A stretch of 24,616 nucleotides of DNA from an uncultured Bacteriovoracaceae bacterium (lineage in GTDB: Bacteria; Bdellovibrionota; Bacteriovoracia; Bacteriovoracales; Bacteriovoracaceae). Of this stretch, positions 1 through 8,078 are shown piece by piece. The stretch's first letter is position 1. Each line of letters opens with the position of its first letter. Location: the NCBI GenBank assembly GCA_964012805.1, contig CAXGUD010000051.1, positions 1-24,616 of the forward strand. The letters run 5' to 3'. The notes under the pieces are model-generated. The model made no database searches. It was given only the letters and a program-made list of their open reading frames with translations, and was not told the origin of the DNA. A program made the position numbers and the translations under genes.

Positions 1-564
1 ACTCCTTCTGAGCTCCTAAGAGCTGATATTTATTTTGCACAGAAAAATTTCCAAGAAGCTGCCGCTTCTTATAAAGTTTTTTTAGACCTCCACCCTCGGC
101 ATGAAAAAGAGTCTTATGTCTTATATAAATTGTCAGAGTCTTATTTCAAACAGTTGCCGTCAACTCACGATAGGGATTTAGAGTCAGGTAAAAAGGCGAT
201 AGTCTCTTATAAAAGGCTTCTCAGAAAGTTTCCAAACTCTAGTTTTGTTAAAGATGCACGTCTTAAGATAAATGAATGTAAAGAAATGATTAAGCTTAAA
301 GAGATGTATGTTGCCGATTTCTATTTTAGGACAAAAGTTTTTGTTTCAGCAAGATATCGCTATTTAGGAATTATCAAAGATTATAAAGAAAAGCCTTTGA
401 TTAACTTGGCAATAGAGAGGGTTTTATGGAGCTCTTACCGTTTGAAAGAGTTTTCTGAATGTTCAAGCTACTACAAAAACTACAGAAGCCTTGTGTCTGG
501 AGAATATAAAAGTAAAATAGAGAGGTTAGGAGAAAAATGTAGAAAAGCTTTAAAGAACTCCTAG
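1..564 (+). CDS. bamD: Outer membrane protein assembly factor BamD (5' truncated by window edge)
   Basis: Frame 1 is open from base 1 (TPSELLRADIYFAQKNFQEAAASYKVFLDLHPRHE...), so the track start at 130 is internal. BamD-type TPR motifs: 'DRDL', 'LLRKFPNSSF', 'EMYVADFYFR...SARYRY'. Confidence 0.85.
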   Translation, partial: TPSELLRADIYFAQKNFQEAAASYKVFLDLHPRHEKESYVLYKLSESYFKQLPSTHDRDLESGKKAIVSYKRLLRKFPNSSFVKDARLKINECKEMIKLKEMYVADFYFRTKVFVSARYRYLGIIKDYKEKPLINLAIERVLWSSYRLKEFSECSSYYKNYRSLVSGEYKSKIERLGEKCRKALKNS

Positions 565-588
565 ATAAAAACTTAAAAGGGGTAAGGT

Positions 589-1320
589 TTGGAAGGTCTT
601 TCAGAGAAGAGCTTGCTTGAAAAGGGACTGTCACTTTTTTCCAAAGGGGAATATAAGAAGGCCGAGAAAGCTCTGAGTGAAGTTCTTGAAATCAACAAAT
701 GCAGCGTAAAAGCGATTTTTGCCCTGGCAAATATTTTTCATATTAAGGGTGAGCTTGGCAAATCGCTAAAGGCATTCAAAAAAGTATTGGAGCTAGATCC
801 ATCACATACGGATGCTGCAGTAAGCCTTTCCGTCATCTATAACGATATAGGTGAATATGGGAGCGCTAAAAAGATTTTTGAGCAAGCTAATCAAAGAGTG
901 AAAAAAAAGGTCGATGGTGTAAGTTTTGAGGATGGGCACATAAGCAAGAAATTTGCTTTAAAGCACCATGAGCTTGGTGATCTTTACAACACGTATCAAA
1001 GGTATGATGAAGCTCTTTTTGAGTATAATAAAGCCGTCGTTTTGGATTCATCTTTACTTGAAGCGAGAGTTAAGGTCGCTAAAGTCTATGCAAAAAAAGG
1101 TTTTTTCTCAAAGGCTTTTGATGAGCTTCAAAGGCTACAAAATGAAGCCCCTACCTACTTGCAGGCAAGAGTCGCTTTAGGTGTACTCTACTATGGTAGA
1201 GGACAGATTCTTGAAGCTCAATCTCAGTGGGAAAAAGTCCTCGTAAAGGACCCTCACAACAAGGAAGCTGGTATGTACCTTAATCTTTCGCAGACAGCAA
1301 CAGAAACAAAATTAACTTGA
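589..1320 (+). CDS. Tetratricopeptide repeat protein, no signal peptide, function unknown
   Basis: Several 34-aa TPR units (e.g. AIFALANIFHIKGELGKSLKAFKKVLELDPSH; ARVALGVLYYGRGQILEAQSQWEKVLVKDPHN). TTG start after purine-rich AAGGGGTAAGG. Confidence 0.85.
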   Translation: MEGLSEKSLLEKGLSLFSKGEYKKAEKALSEVLEINKCSVKAIFALANIFHIKGELGKSLKAFKKVLELDPSHTDAAVSLSVIYNDIGEYGSAKKIFEQANQRVKKKVDGVSFEDGHISKKFALKHHELGDLYNTYQRYDEALFEYNKAVVLDSSLLEARVKVAKVYAKKGFFSKAFDELQRLQNEAPTYLQARVALGVLYYGRGQILEAQSQWEKVLVKDPHNKEAGMYLNLSQTATETKLT

Positions 1321-1321
1321 T

Positions 1322-1900
1322 CTAGTGATCTGCGTAATGGCCAGGCTTTTGGAGCCTTTCTTGAGGAGGAGTTTCAGGTGTTTGCGAGTCTTCCTCAGTG
1401 GACTTAAGATCTGTGGTGATTTTAGCTGTTGTTCTTTTTGAGTCATCAGAATCAAAGTTCATAATTGACTTTTTTAGGTCTGCATACATTTCGTATTTTA
1501 CTTCCAGCTTGCTATCCTGAAGGACAATTTGTCTGGCCAGTTTATTTTTATTGTTGATGATAATGGGAGCCTTAAGGTTTGCTGACATTTCCGTAACTTT
1601 TTTAGGAATTGTTAGGATTGTATAAACGCTAGCATCGTTAAGTTTTTCAAGCTCAAGGCTTTTAAGCTCTGGAGGAAGAAGTTTTACAGAGTAACTTGGC
1701 GAGAAGATAGACGGTTCAATAATTGGAAAAGCAGTGCTTTTGTCATCAATAGATTGGAACCATAAAATGAGTGTTTGATCGCCTGGGTCTACAATGAAGA
1801 ACTTTTTAAGATTTTCAAAACCAAGGAGGCCTTCTTTGAAGTGGATAATATCACCTTTCTTCACCTCAAGTTCACCAAATCTTGTTGTCGTGACTTTCAC
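1322..1900 (-). CDS. fliW: Flagellar assembly factor FliW (CsrA antagonist / flagellin partner)
   Basis: Motifs TTRFGEL, F..GLLGFE, WFQS, ANLKAPIIIN, RQIVL. Adjacent to csrA. GTG start preceded by GGAGGAAGG. Confidence 0.95.
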   Translation of the reverse strand: MKVTTTRFGELEVKKGDIIHFKEGLLGFENLKKFFIVDPGDQTLILWFQSIDDKSTAFPIIEPSIFSPSYSVKLLPPELKSLELEKLNDASVYTILTIPKKVTEMSANLKAPIIINNKNKLARQIVLQDSKLEVKYEMYADLKKSIMNFDSDDSKRTTAKITTDLKSTEEDSQTPETPPQERLQKPGHYADH

Positions 1901-1958
1901 AACCTTCCTCCATTTTATTGATATGGTCTAGTCCCATCATAGGATTTTAGCAGTGATA

Positions 1959-1984
1959 TTATCGATTCCGCAAGAAGGTTTTTA
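1959..1984 (-). promoter_or_regulatory. Candidate sigma28 (FliA)-like promoter upstream of fliW
   Basis: Minus strand TAAA-N14-ATCGATAA versus consensus TAAA-N15-GCCGATAA; spacer is one base short. Confidence 0.3.
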
Positions 1985-2215
1985 TTTCTTCTTATAGAGT
2001 TCATCTGATAGGGTACTGATTGTATCTAGGTCAGTCCTTGACGCTTCTTGATTTTGCTCTTGAATAGCTTTGTAGACTTCTTCTCTGTGGATTTTTGTTT
2101 CTTTAGGAGCCTTTATACCTAAGCGGACTTGCTTACCTTTAATTTGGACAACCACAATTTTAATGTGGTCGTCTATAGCAATGCTTTCTCCTAGCTTCCG
2201 TGTCAAAACGAGCAT
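1982..2215 (-). CDS. csrA: Carbon storage regulator CsrA (FliW-regulated class)
   Basis: MLVLTRKLGESI...VRLGIKAPKE.KIHREE. Has Asn55 and the C-terminal extension typical of FliW-binding CsrA. Confidence 0.98.
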   Translation of the reverse strand: MLVLTRKLGESIAIDDHIKIVVVQIKGKQVRLGIKAPKETKIHREEVYKAIQEQNQEASRTDLDTISTLSDELYKKK

Positions 2216-2274
2216 TTTTGTTCCTACTTTCCAGTTCCTAGAATTAAACTTGGTGCGACTACGCCGGAAATGTT

Positions 2275-2303
2275 TCTATATTATTTTGCCTAATAAATTG
2301 CAA
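2275..2303 (-). promoter_or_regulatory. Candidate sigma70 promoter for csrA-fliW
   Basis: Minus strand TTGCAA-N17-TATAGA (alternative TTGCTT-N18-TAATAT), just after the flgL terminator. Confidence 0.35.
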
Positions 2304-2305
2304 GC

Positions 2306-2338
2306 AAAAAAGAAGGCAATAGTAAAAATACGCCTTCT
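2306..2338 (-). terminator. Intrinsic terminator after flgL
   Basis: Minus strand AGAAGGC...GCCTTCT 7-bp stem followed by a T run, 17 nt past the flgL stop. Confidence 0.7.
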
Positions 2339-2355
2339 CTAACCAAGTTATCCAT

Positions 2356-3426
2356 TTATCTTAAAAAATCTAAAAGAGTTTGATTAATAGTGTTATTTCC
2401 CGTTTTGTATGCAGTTTTTAAAATAGATTCCTGCTTAATCATGTCAGCATACAGCTCTGCGATGTCACTATCAATAAGGTAACTTCTTCTCTCTTTATTA
2501 CTTATAACCTGAGACTCAAGTATGTCTTTTGATGTTTCGATGTTTCGCGTTATTGAACCAATTCGAGTCCGCAGAGTAACTAACCGAGATGCTGTATTAT
2601 CAAACTTTTCGAGAAGGGATTGGATTGTGTTTGCATCGTTATTTTCTAGAGCAGCAATAAAGGTATTCAGTTGCTGGAATATGTTATCTTTTCTTCTAAA
2701 GTCAGCGTCGATTGGCTTTGTGTTTTTTTTGTAAATAGAGTTATTTAAGCGGCCTCTATCTATGAAGGCTTGGTTTTTTTCAAGTTGATCTTTTGGGATA
2801 TTTCGATACAGAAAGTTTCGAGTATCATAAAGGTCAGGAAACTCATCTAATGGGTGTTCATTTCTATAATCCGAGTTTTCTGAAGTATAGAAAACTTCTT
2901 TACCATTAAGGTTTATTGGCGTGAAGAAGTCTTTGCTGACCTCTAGCGTCATGTGGCCTTCATCGCCAAAATAATTTCCTTTAATATCAAAAGGAGCTTT
3001 AAGTGTTGAGAAGCCAGAAAATATATATCTATTTCCAATTCGCTTGTTTGCTATTGAGAGCGTTTGATTAAGTAGCTCTCGAATTTCATTCGCCACATTT
3101 TTTCTAATTTCTGGGTTGTAAATATCTGATGATTGTGCGATTGCTCTTTCTTTTGCAACCATTACTATTTCTGTTAATTGTTCTAGGGCAGCTTCAGTAG
3201 AAGAAAGTTGAAGCATAGCATAGTTAGAATTCTTCATATATTGCTCGTTATCAGAATTCTTAGCTTGTATGTTCAGTGCTTCTATATTTCCTATGGGGTC
3301 ATCTGATGGCCTTCTTACTTTTTTTAAAGTAGAGCCTTTTAGTTGAAGGTCTTCCATTTTTGATTTGGCTAGGTTAATCGCATATTGTAACGCATTTGAT
3401 TGACTATTTTCTGATACTCTTGTCAT
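2356..3426 (-). CDS. flgL: Flagellar hook-associated protein 3 FlgL
   Basis: Flagellin-like N-terminus (KVRRPSDDP, RYIFSGF...PF) and C-terminus (TLLDFLR); follows flgK. Confidence 0.95.
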   Translation of the reverse strand: MTRVSENSQSNALQYAINLAKSKMEDLQLKGSTLKKVRRPSDDPIGNIEALNIQAKNSDNEQYMKNSNYAMLQLSSTEAALEQLTEIVMVAKERAIAQSSDIYNPEIRKNVANEIRELLNQTLSIANKRIGNRYIFSGFSTLKAPFDIKGNYFGDEGHMTLEVSKDFFTPINLNGKEVFYTSENSDYRNEHPLDEFPDLYDTRNFLYRNIPKDQLEKNQAFIDRGRLNNSIYKKNTKPIDADFRRKDNIFQQLNTFIAALENNDANTIQSLLEKFDNTASRLVTLRTRIGSITRNIETSKDILESQVISNKERRSYLIDSDIAELYADMIKQESILKTAYKTGNNTINQTLLDFLR

Positions 3427-3434
3427 CTAAAGCC

Positions 3435-4901
3435 TTACCTTTTTAATAAGCCAATAACTGTGTGGAACATTTGGTCTGCAGTATTAAGTATTTTTGCAGA
3501 AGCTTCATAAGCGTGTTGATAACGAACCATGTTAGCCGTTTCTTCATCTATTGAAACACCAGAGATTCTTTCTCTGACGGTCTTTTGTTGATTAAGAATT
3601 CCTTCTGCTTGTTCGGAATCCATAATTGCTTTACTTGTTTGAAGTCCAATATCGGCAATTGATTGCAAATATTTTTCTTCTAGGGTTGCTGTCCCTTGGT
3701 CGAATAACTTTTGATGTTGAATTTTTGAGATGGCAATGGAAACTCTGTTATCGCCGGGACTATTTGGCTCTAGTGCAGTTACAATATTTGTTAGGTCGGC
3801 GAGAACATCTTCATCTAACTCGATTAACATTGCAGCATCTTTTGGGTCTTCAAGATGTCTAAAAAACTTAATTCCAGTTATCTTCCCTTTTTGATCCTCG
3901 TTGGGCAATGATCCGTCTTCACGAACTTGGATGTCTCTGTTTACATAGCCTCTCTCGTGTAGCCCATTTACCGTATTTACTAGGTTGAAGGCTATTTCAT
4001 CCATTGAATTTTGAAGTCTTAAAATATCTTCATTTCTTGTCTTCATAAGGCTTGAAAGTTTTCCACCGCGAAATTTAGATGTGAGATTTTGTTCGGGACG
4101 TTCTCTAAATGTGATACTTAGAGAGTTAGCTGTATCGTTTAAAGATTCTTGCCTATTTACTCTAGATGTTTGTAGTTTTTGAAACTTAGGGCCGGAAATA
4201 ATTGTACCAACATTTTTTATAGCGACATTAAACTGTCCGTTATTGTCTCTATATGTTGCAAGGTCAAAGCTTTCTGCTAACCTTTTTACAGCAATATCTC
4301 TCATATCTCTGTAATCACCAGTTTCCTGGTTACTAACTTCTAGGATCTGAATTTTTTGATTAAGTTCGGCAATTTGGTCCATCGTCTGATTTATTTCTTC
4401 AACTAGAGACTCTGTTTTTTTATCAATTTGAGATGATATTTCGTTAAGAGTTTGCCTTATCCTGTGTATATCTTCTACAACCATTACAGCATTGTCTCTT
4501 ACAACGGATCGAACTGTTACATTTTCTGGTTGAACGGCAAGCTCTCTAAAGGAATTGAAAAACCTTGTTAAAATTTGATTTAGCCCTTCTCTATCAACTT
4601 CGTTAAAAATATCTTCAACCCTATTTAAGGAAAATCTTCTTTCATTATGAAAATTATATTTAGAAGTAGCATCTCTTAAATTTTTTTCAGCATTTTCATC
4701 ATGTACTCTTTTTATATTTACTGTTCGGGTTCCAGTACCTTGCACTAAGCCTTCTTTTAAAACAGGATTGTTCGTGGTTTGGAGAAGTCTTTGCCTCGAG
4801 AAACCCTCTGTGTTGACGTTAGCGAGGTTATGGCCTGTAGTTTTTAGTGAAACTTTAGAGGCTTTTAAGCCAGTAAGTCCAATATTAAGAAGGTTTGACA
4901 A
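3435..4901 (-). CDS. flgK: Flagellar hook-associated protein 1 FlgK
   Basis: GHNLANVNTEGFSRQR and SGVSIDEE..NM..YQHAYEASAK. TTG start with GGGAGGA SD. Confidence 0.96.
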   Translation of the reverse strand: MSNLLNIGLTGLKASKVSLKTTGHNLANVNTEGFSRQRLLQTTNNPVLKEGLVQGTGTRTVNIKRVHDENAEKNLRDATSKYNFHNERRFSLNRVEDIFNEVDREGLNQILTRFFNSFRELAVQPENVTVRSVVRDNAVMVVEDIHRIRQTLNEISSQIDKKTESLVEEINQTMDQIAELNQKIQILEVSNQETGDYRDMRDIAVKRLAESFDLATYRDNNGQFNVAIKNVGTIISGPKFQKLQTSRVNRQESLNDTANSLSITFRERPEQNLTSKFRGGKLSSLMKTRNEDILRLQNSMDEIAFNLVNTVNGLHERGYVNRDIQVREDGSLPNEDQKGKITGIKFFRHLEDPKDAAMLIELDEDVLADLTNIVTALEPNSPGDNRVSIAISKIQHQKLFDQGTATLEEKYLQSIADIGLQTSKAIMDSEQAEGILNQQKTVRERISGVSIDEETANMVRYQHAYEASAKILNTADQMFHTVIGLLKR

Positions 4902-5484
4902 AGTTCCTCCCTAAATCATCAGATGATTTTTTTACTACATTATTAACTTTATAAGTTGTTACTCCTTTTTTTGTATATGTTTCGTAATTTTTTTTGCCCT
5001 CAATACTTCCTTTTATTTCGCTTAGTGAATGGATCGCTTTATTTATGAATATATGATTTTTTTTATTTTGGTTTTGGATTTTCTCAATGATATTAATAAG
5101 GAGGTTGTTAAAATTATTCAGGTATTTCTCTTCAAGGTTTTTTTCAAAATTTTCCATCAAAGATAAGAGTTCAGATACGTTTTGAACTTTTTCAATTTTA
5201 TATTGTTTTTTTACTTCATCGCTATTTTTAAGATGAATATTTAATTCATCTATAATTTCAGATCGCAAATTATCTAGTACATTTATTCTGTCAATTGTTT
5301 TGCTTTTTTTATCTATCGTTTCTTCCAATTTATCCATGTCAGTTTTAAGGAGGTGTGTATATTCGTCACATGTTAAATTGAAAAGCGTTGCATGTTCCTC
5401 GCAAAACCTTTTCCAAATATCGGTTACTTGATAATAAAAAAACTTGATCTTATCATCTTTATTCTTTAATTCTTCTTTTTTCAT
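4885..5484 (-). CDS. flgN: Flagellar export chaperone FlgN-like protein
   Basis: Helical coiled-coil protein in the flgM-flgK slot with 'QNQNKKNHIFI' near the C-terminus. Call rests mainly on synteny. Confidence 0.7.
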   Translation of the reverse strand: MKKEELKNKDDKIKFFYYQVTDIWKRFCEEHATLFNLTCDEYTHLLKTDMDKLEETIDKKSKTIDRINVLDNLRSEIIDELNIHLKNSDEVKKQYKIEKVQNVSELLSLMENFEKNLEEKYLNNFNNLLINIIEKIQNQNKKNHIFINKAIHSLSEIKGSIEGKKNYETYTKKGVTTYKVNNVVKKSSDDLGRNFVKPS

Positions 5485-5510
5485 CTTTTGGCCAATATAA
5501 AGCTAAGTTT

Positions 5511-5840
5511 TTAAATTTCGTTTTCTAATATTTTTTCTGCAAGCAAATCATAATTTATTTTGTATGAACCGTTTTTAATTTGATCTTTAATTTTTTCAAC
5601 TTTGACTTGATTGTCAATCGCTTGGCTTTCGTCTACCACTTTCTTTATTCTAGCAAAATCTTTGATTGCTTCAGGTATGGTAACTTTTGCATCCAATGAA
5701 GAGAATTTTTCCCCCTTCTTTTTTTGTTGAACTTCCTCATTGTTCTCCTTTAGATCATTAAAAAACTTTGTTCTTTTGGGGCTTTTATTTGAGTCAGAGA
5801 ATAGTCTAAATGGATTAATAGAATTATTTATCTTATTCAT
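5511..5840 (-). CDS. flgM: Anti-sigma28 factor FlgM
   Basis: C-terminal KVEKIKDQIKNGSYKINYDLLAEKIL matches the FlgM signature. Confidence 0.9.
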   Translation of the reverse strand: MNKINNSINPFRLFSDSNKSPKRTKFFNDLKENNEEVQQKKKGEKFSSLDAKVTIPEAIKDFARIKKVVDESQAIDNQVKVEKIKDQIKNGSYKINYDLLAEKILENEI

Positions 5841-6276
5841 TTTTAATTTCCTTTTGAGTTATGTCAGCTTTAATGATTTTCTGTCCTTTTTCTTCTGATG
5901 AAACATACTTTTGTATTTTTTGTCTGTTATTATTTGGTTGTAAATTCTTCATAAAATATTCGTAAGAAGCCTTGTTACGAAGATGAGGAGGGTATATTTG
6001 GTTTAGAATAAGCTTTTGAATTCCTAGCCCACCATTATTTTTTGCCATAATATTGGAGCGTTCTTTATTAATTAAGCCATTATAATATTCGACTGCGGAG
6101 CTATCAGGAGTATTTTGGTTAATAGTATTTTTCATTTTTGAAATCATAAAATTTAAAAACTGGGTCTCCATGGAAGATGCAACTTTTTTATAAGGATCTG
6201 GTATAAATTTTGAATTATCCTTTGTGTTGCTTGATTTAATTTTTCTCAGTGCTAAGGAATTTACTTTTTCAATCAT
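5833..6276 (-). CDS. flgJ: Rod-binding protein FlgJ (single domain, no muramidase)
   Basis: KKVASSMETQFLNFMISKMK...GLGIQKLILNQ rod-binding motif; lies between flgI and flgM. Confidence 0.8.
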   Translation of the reverse strand: MIEKVNSLALRKIKSSNTKDNSKFIPDPYKKVASSMETQFLNFMISKMKNTINQNTPDSSAVEYYNGLINKERSNIMAKNNGGLGIQKLILNQIYPPHLRNKASYEYFMKNLQPNNNRQKIQKYVSSEEKGQKIIKADITQKEIKNE

Positions 6277-6290
6277 AAATATTTCCTAAT

Positions 6291-7331
6291 TTATAAAAAC
6301 TCTAAATCGCTTATTAGCGCACCATTGCTTTTAAGTGTTTGAAAAATAGGAATCAAATCTTCCGAAGTAACACCAAATGCATTTAAAGATTTAACTAAGT
6401 CTTTTAGAGTACTTTTTTGGTTTACAAAATAAAGCCGCGATGGCGTTGCTTCACCATCTCCAGGAACAGGTTGATTTTCTTCCTGTATAACTATAGATAA
6501 ATCACCATGGCTTATTGCAACTGGTTTAAGTGTTACATTACCACCAGCTACTACAGTACCTGTCTTTTCATTAATTACGATTTTAGCTTTTTGATCTGGA
6601 TTAATTTTGATATTTTCTAATATCGCCATTAATTTAACAATTTTCCTTTGATAATTTATTGGGACAATAAGGTCAATTGTCGTTGAATCTCTGGCAATCG
6701 CGAACTTTCCTCCAAATTGTTGGTTTATTAATCTTTCAACTCGAGCTGCTGTTGTAAAGTCTGGGTTTCTTAAACTTAGTCTCAATGATTTCTTTTTATA
6801 AAATTCATTTGGAATTTCTTTTTCAATTATCGCTCCGTTAGGAATAATACCTGATGTAGGGAAGTCTGATCCTTGTTGAAGCCCACCGATAGAAAGGGGG
6901 CCTGATGCAATTGCATAAGTTTTATCATTTCCACCTTTTAGTGGAGTTATAAGTAATGTACCTCCAGCGAGAGAACTTGCACTACCAATTGAAGAGACAA
7001 GAACATCTATTTTTTGCCCTATCCTTGGAAAAGGCGGAAGTTTAGCAGTTACTATTACCGCTGCAACATTTTGAGATGGGATTTCTTCTTCTGTTTTTAT
7101 CCCAAGCCTTTGAAACATTTTTTTTAATGATTTATTAGTGATTTCTCCGCCTCCATCACCACTACCATTTAAGCCAATAACAAGACCATAGCCGACCAAA
7201 GGATTTTCCCTAACACCATTTATATTTACCAGATCTTTAAGCCGACTAAGTCCTTCTTCTTGGGATAGTAGAATTGAACAACTATTGAAGTAAATAATTA
7301 AAATTAAAAAAATAAATCTAAAAAGGAACAT
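6291..7331 (-). CDS. flgI: Flagellar P-ring protein FlgI
   Basis: RLKDL...GVRENPLVGYGLVIGLNGSGD, NVAAVIVTAKLPPF, SSIGSASSLAGGTLL, PDFTTA, KIVINEKTGTVV; N-terminal signal peptide. Confidence 0.97.
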   Translation of the reverse strand: MFLFRFIFLILIIYFNSCSILLSQEEGLSRLKDLVNINGVRENPLVGYGLVIGLNGSGDGGGEITNKSLKKMFQRLGIKTEEEIPSQNVAAVIVTAKLPPFPRIGQKIDVLVSSIGSASSLAGGTLLITPLKGGNDKTYAIASGPLSIGGLQQGSDFPTSGIIPNGAIIEKEIPNEFYKKKSLRLSLRNPDFTTAARVERLINQQFGGKFAIARDSTTIDLIVPINYQRKIVKLMAILENIKINPDQKAKIVINEKTGTVVAGGNVTLKPVAISHGDLSIVIQEENQPVPGDGEATPSRLYFVNQKSTLKDLVKSLNAFGVTSEDLIPIFQTLKSNGALISDLEFL

Positions 7332-7334
7332 AAA

Positions 7335-8078
7335 TCACCTAATAATTTTTATACTTGATTCTAAAAACTGATCCGATGTTATCTTGTCATCAGGACTTAC
7401 GTCTTTTCTCGCAATTAATCCTTGTATCTCAATAAGCCTTTTTCTTTTCCGAAATAATACTTCTTTTCTTCCTCTCAAAATTACGTATAAATTGTTTATT
7501 TCCTCTGTAACAACTGATGATAGCTGTCCAACAGTCTCATCTAGGGTAGAATCTTTGTTTCCATCATCTTCTCCTGTTGCCCCTTCATTTGGCTTTTTCT
7601 CAGCCGCTTTTTCTCCTGCTTGTGCAATTTTTTTCTTTTTTCTTTTTGGGAAAGCCTTTTTCAGCTCTCTTGTTATAATGTTTCTAAGCGTTGGTTTTAT
7701 TTCCACTAAAACAATATCCCCATTCTTTTTTCTTTTATTTTCAACAAAAAAATCATTATCAAAACCATTTCCAAACCATAAACTTTGATTTGAGTTCTCA
7801 TTTAAATCTTCAGCTGAAAACCTCTTTTTGAAGGGCTTTTTCTTTTTGTAAAGCCTTTTTGTAGTTGGTTTTAGATTTCTTGTCTCTTTAGTTGAAATAG
7901 GTCTTTTTAATGAATTGCCGAAAGGAGGTGATTTCCTAAATTGGTCGAATACATCAACCTTCCTTTTTTTCATTATTTTTTCTTCTCTATCGATCTGTCG
8001 ATAAATTTTTGAAACATAGCTCGAGCATGATGAAATAAAAATAAGAGAGATTAAAATCAATAATTTACTTCTTTTCAT
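7335..8078 (-). CDS. flgH: Divergent flagellar L-ring lipoprotein FlgH
   Basis: Lipobox ISSC, SLW motif, GDIVLVEI, and LRGRKEV...IQGLIARKDVSPDDKITS resembling the FlgH C-terminal strands. Sits between flgA and flgI. Confidence 0.8.
   Translation of the reverse strand: MKRSKLLILISLIFISSCSSYVSKIYRQIDREEKIMKKRKVDVFDQFRKSPPFGNSLKRPISTKETRNLKPTTKRLYKKKKPFKKRFSAEDLNENSNQSLWFGNGFDNDFFVENKRKKNGDIVLVEIKPTLRNIITRELKKAFPKRKKKKIAQAGEKAAEKKPNEGATGEDDGNKDSTLDETVGQLSSVVTEEINNLYVILRGRKEVLFRKRKRLIEIQGLIARKDVSPDDKITSDQFLESSIKIIR

Noticed and set aside
7260..7331. Possible lipobox (FNSC) in the FlgI signal peptide
   Set aside because: Poor match to the lipobox consensus, and the hydrophobic stretch continues past the Cys; an ordinary SPase I leader is more likely.
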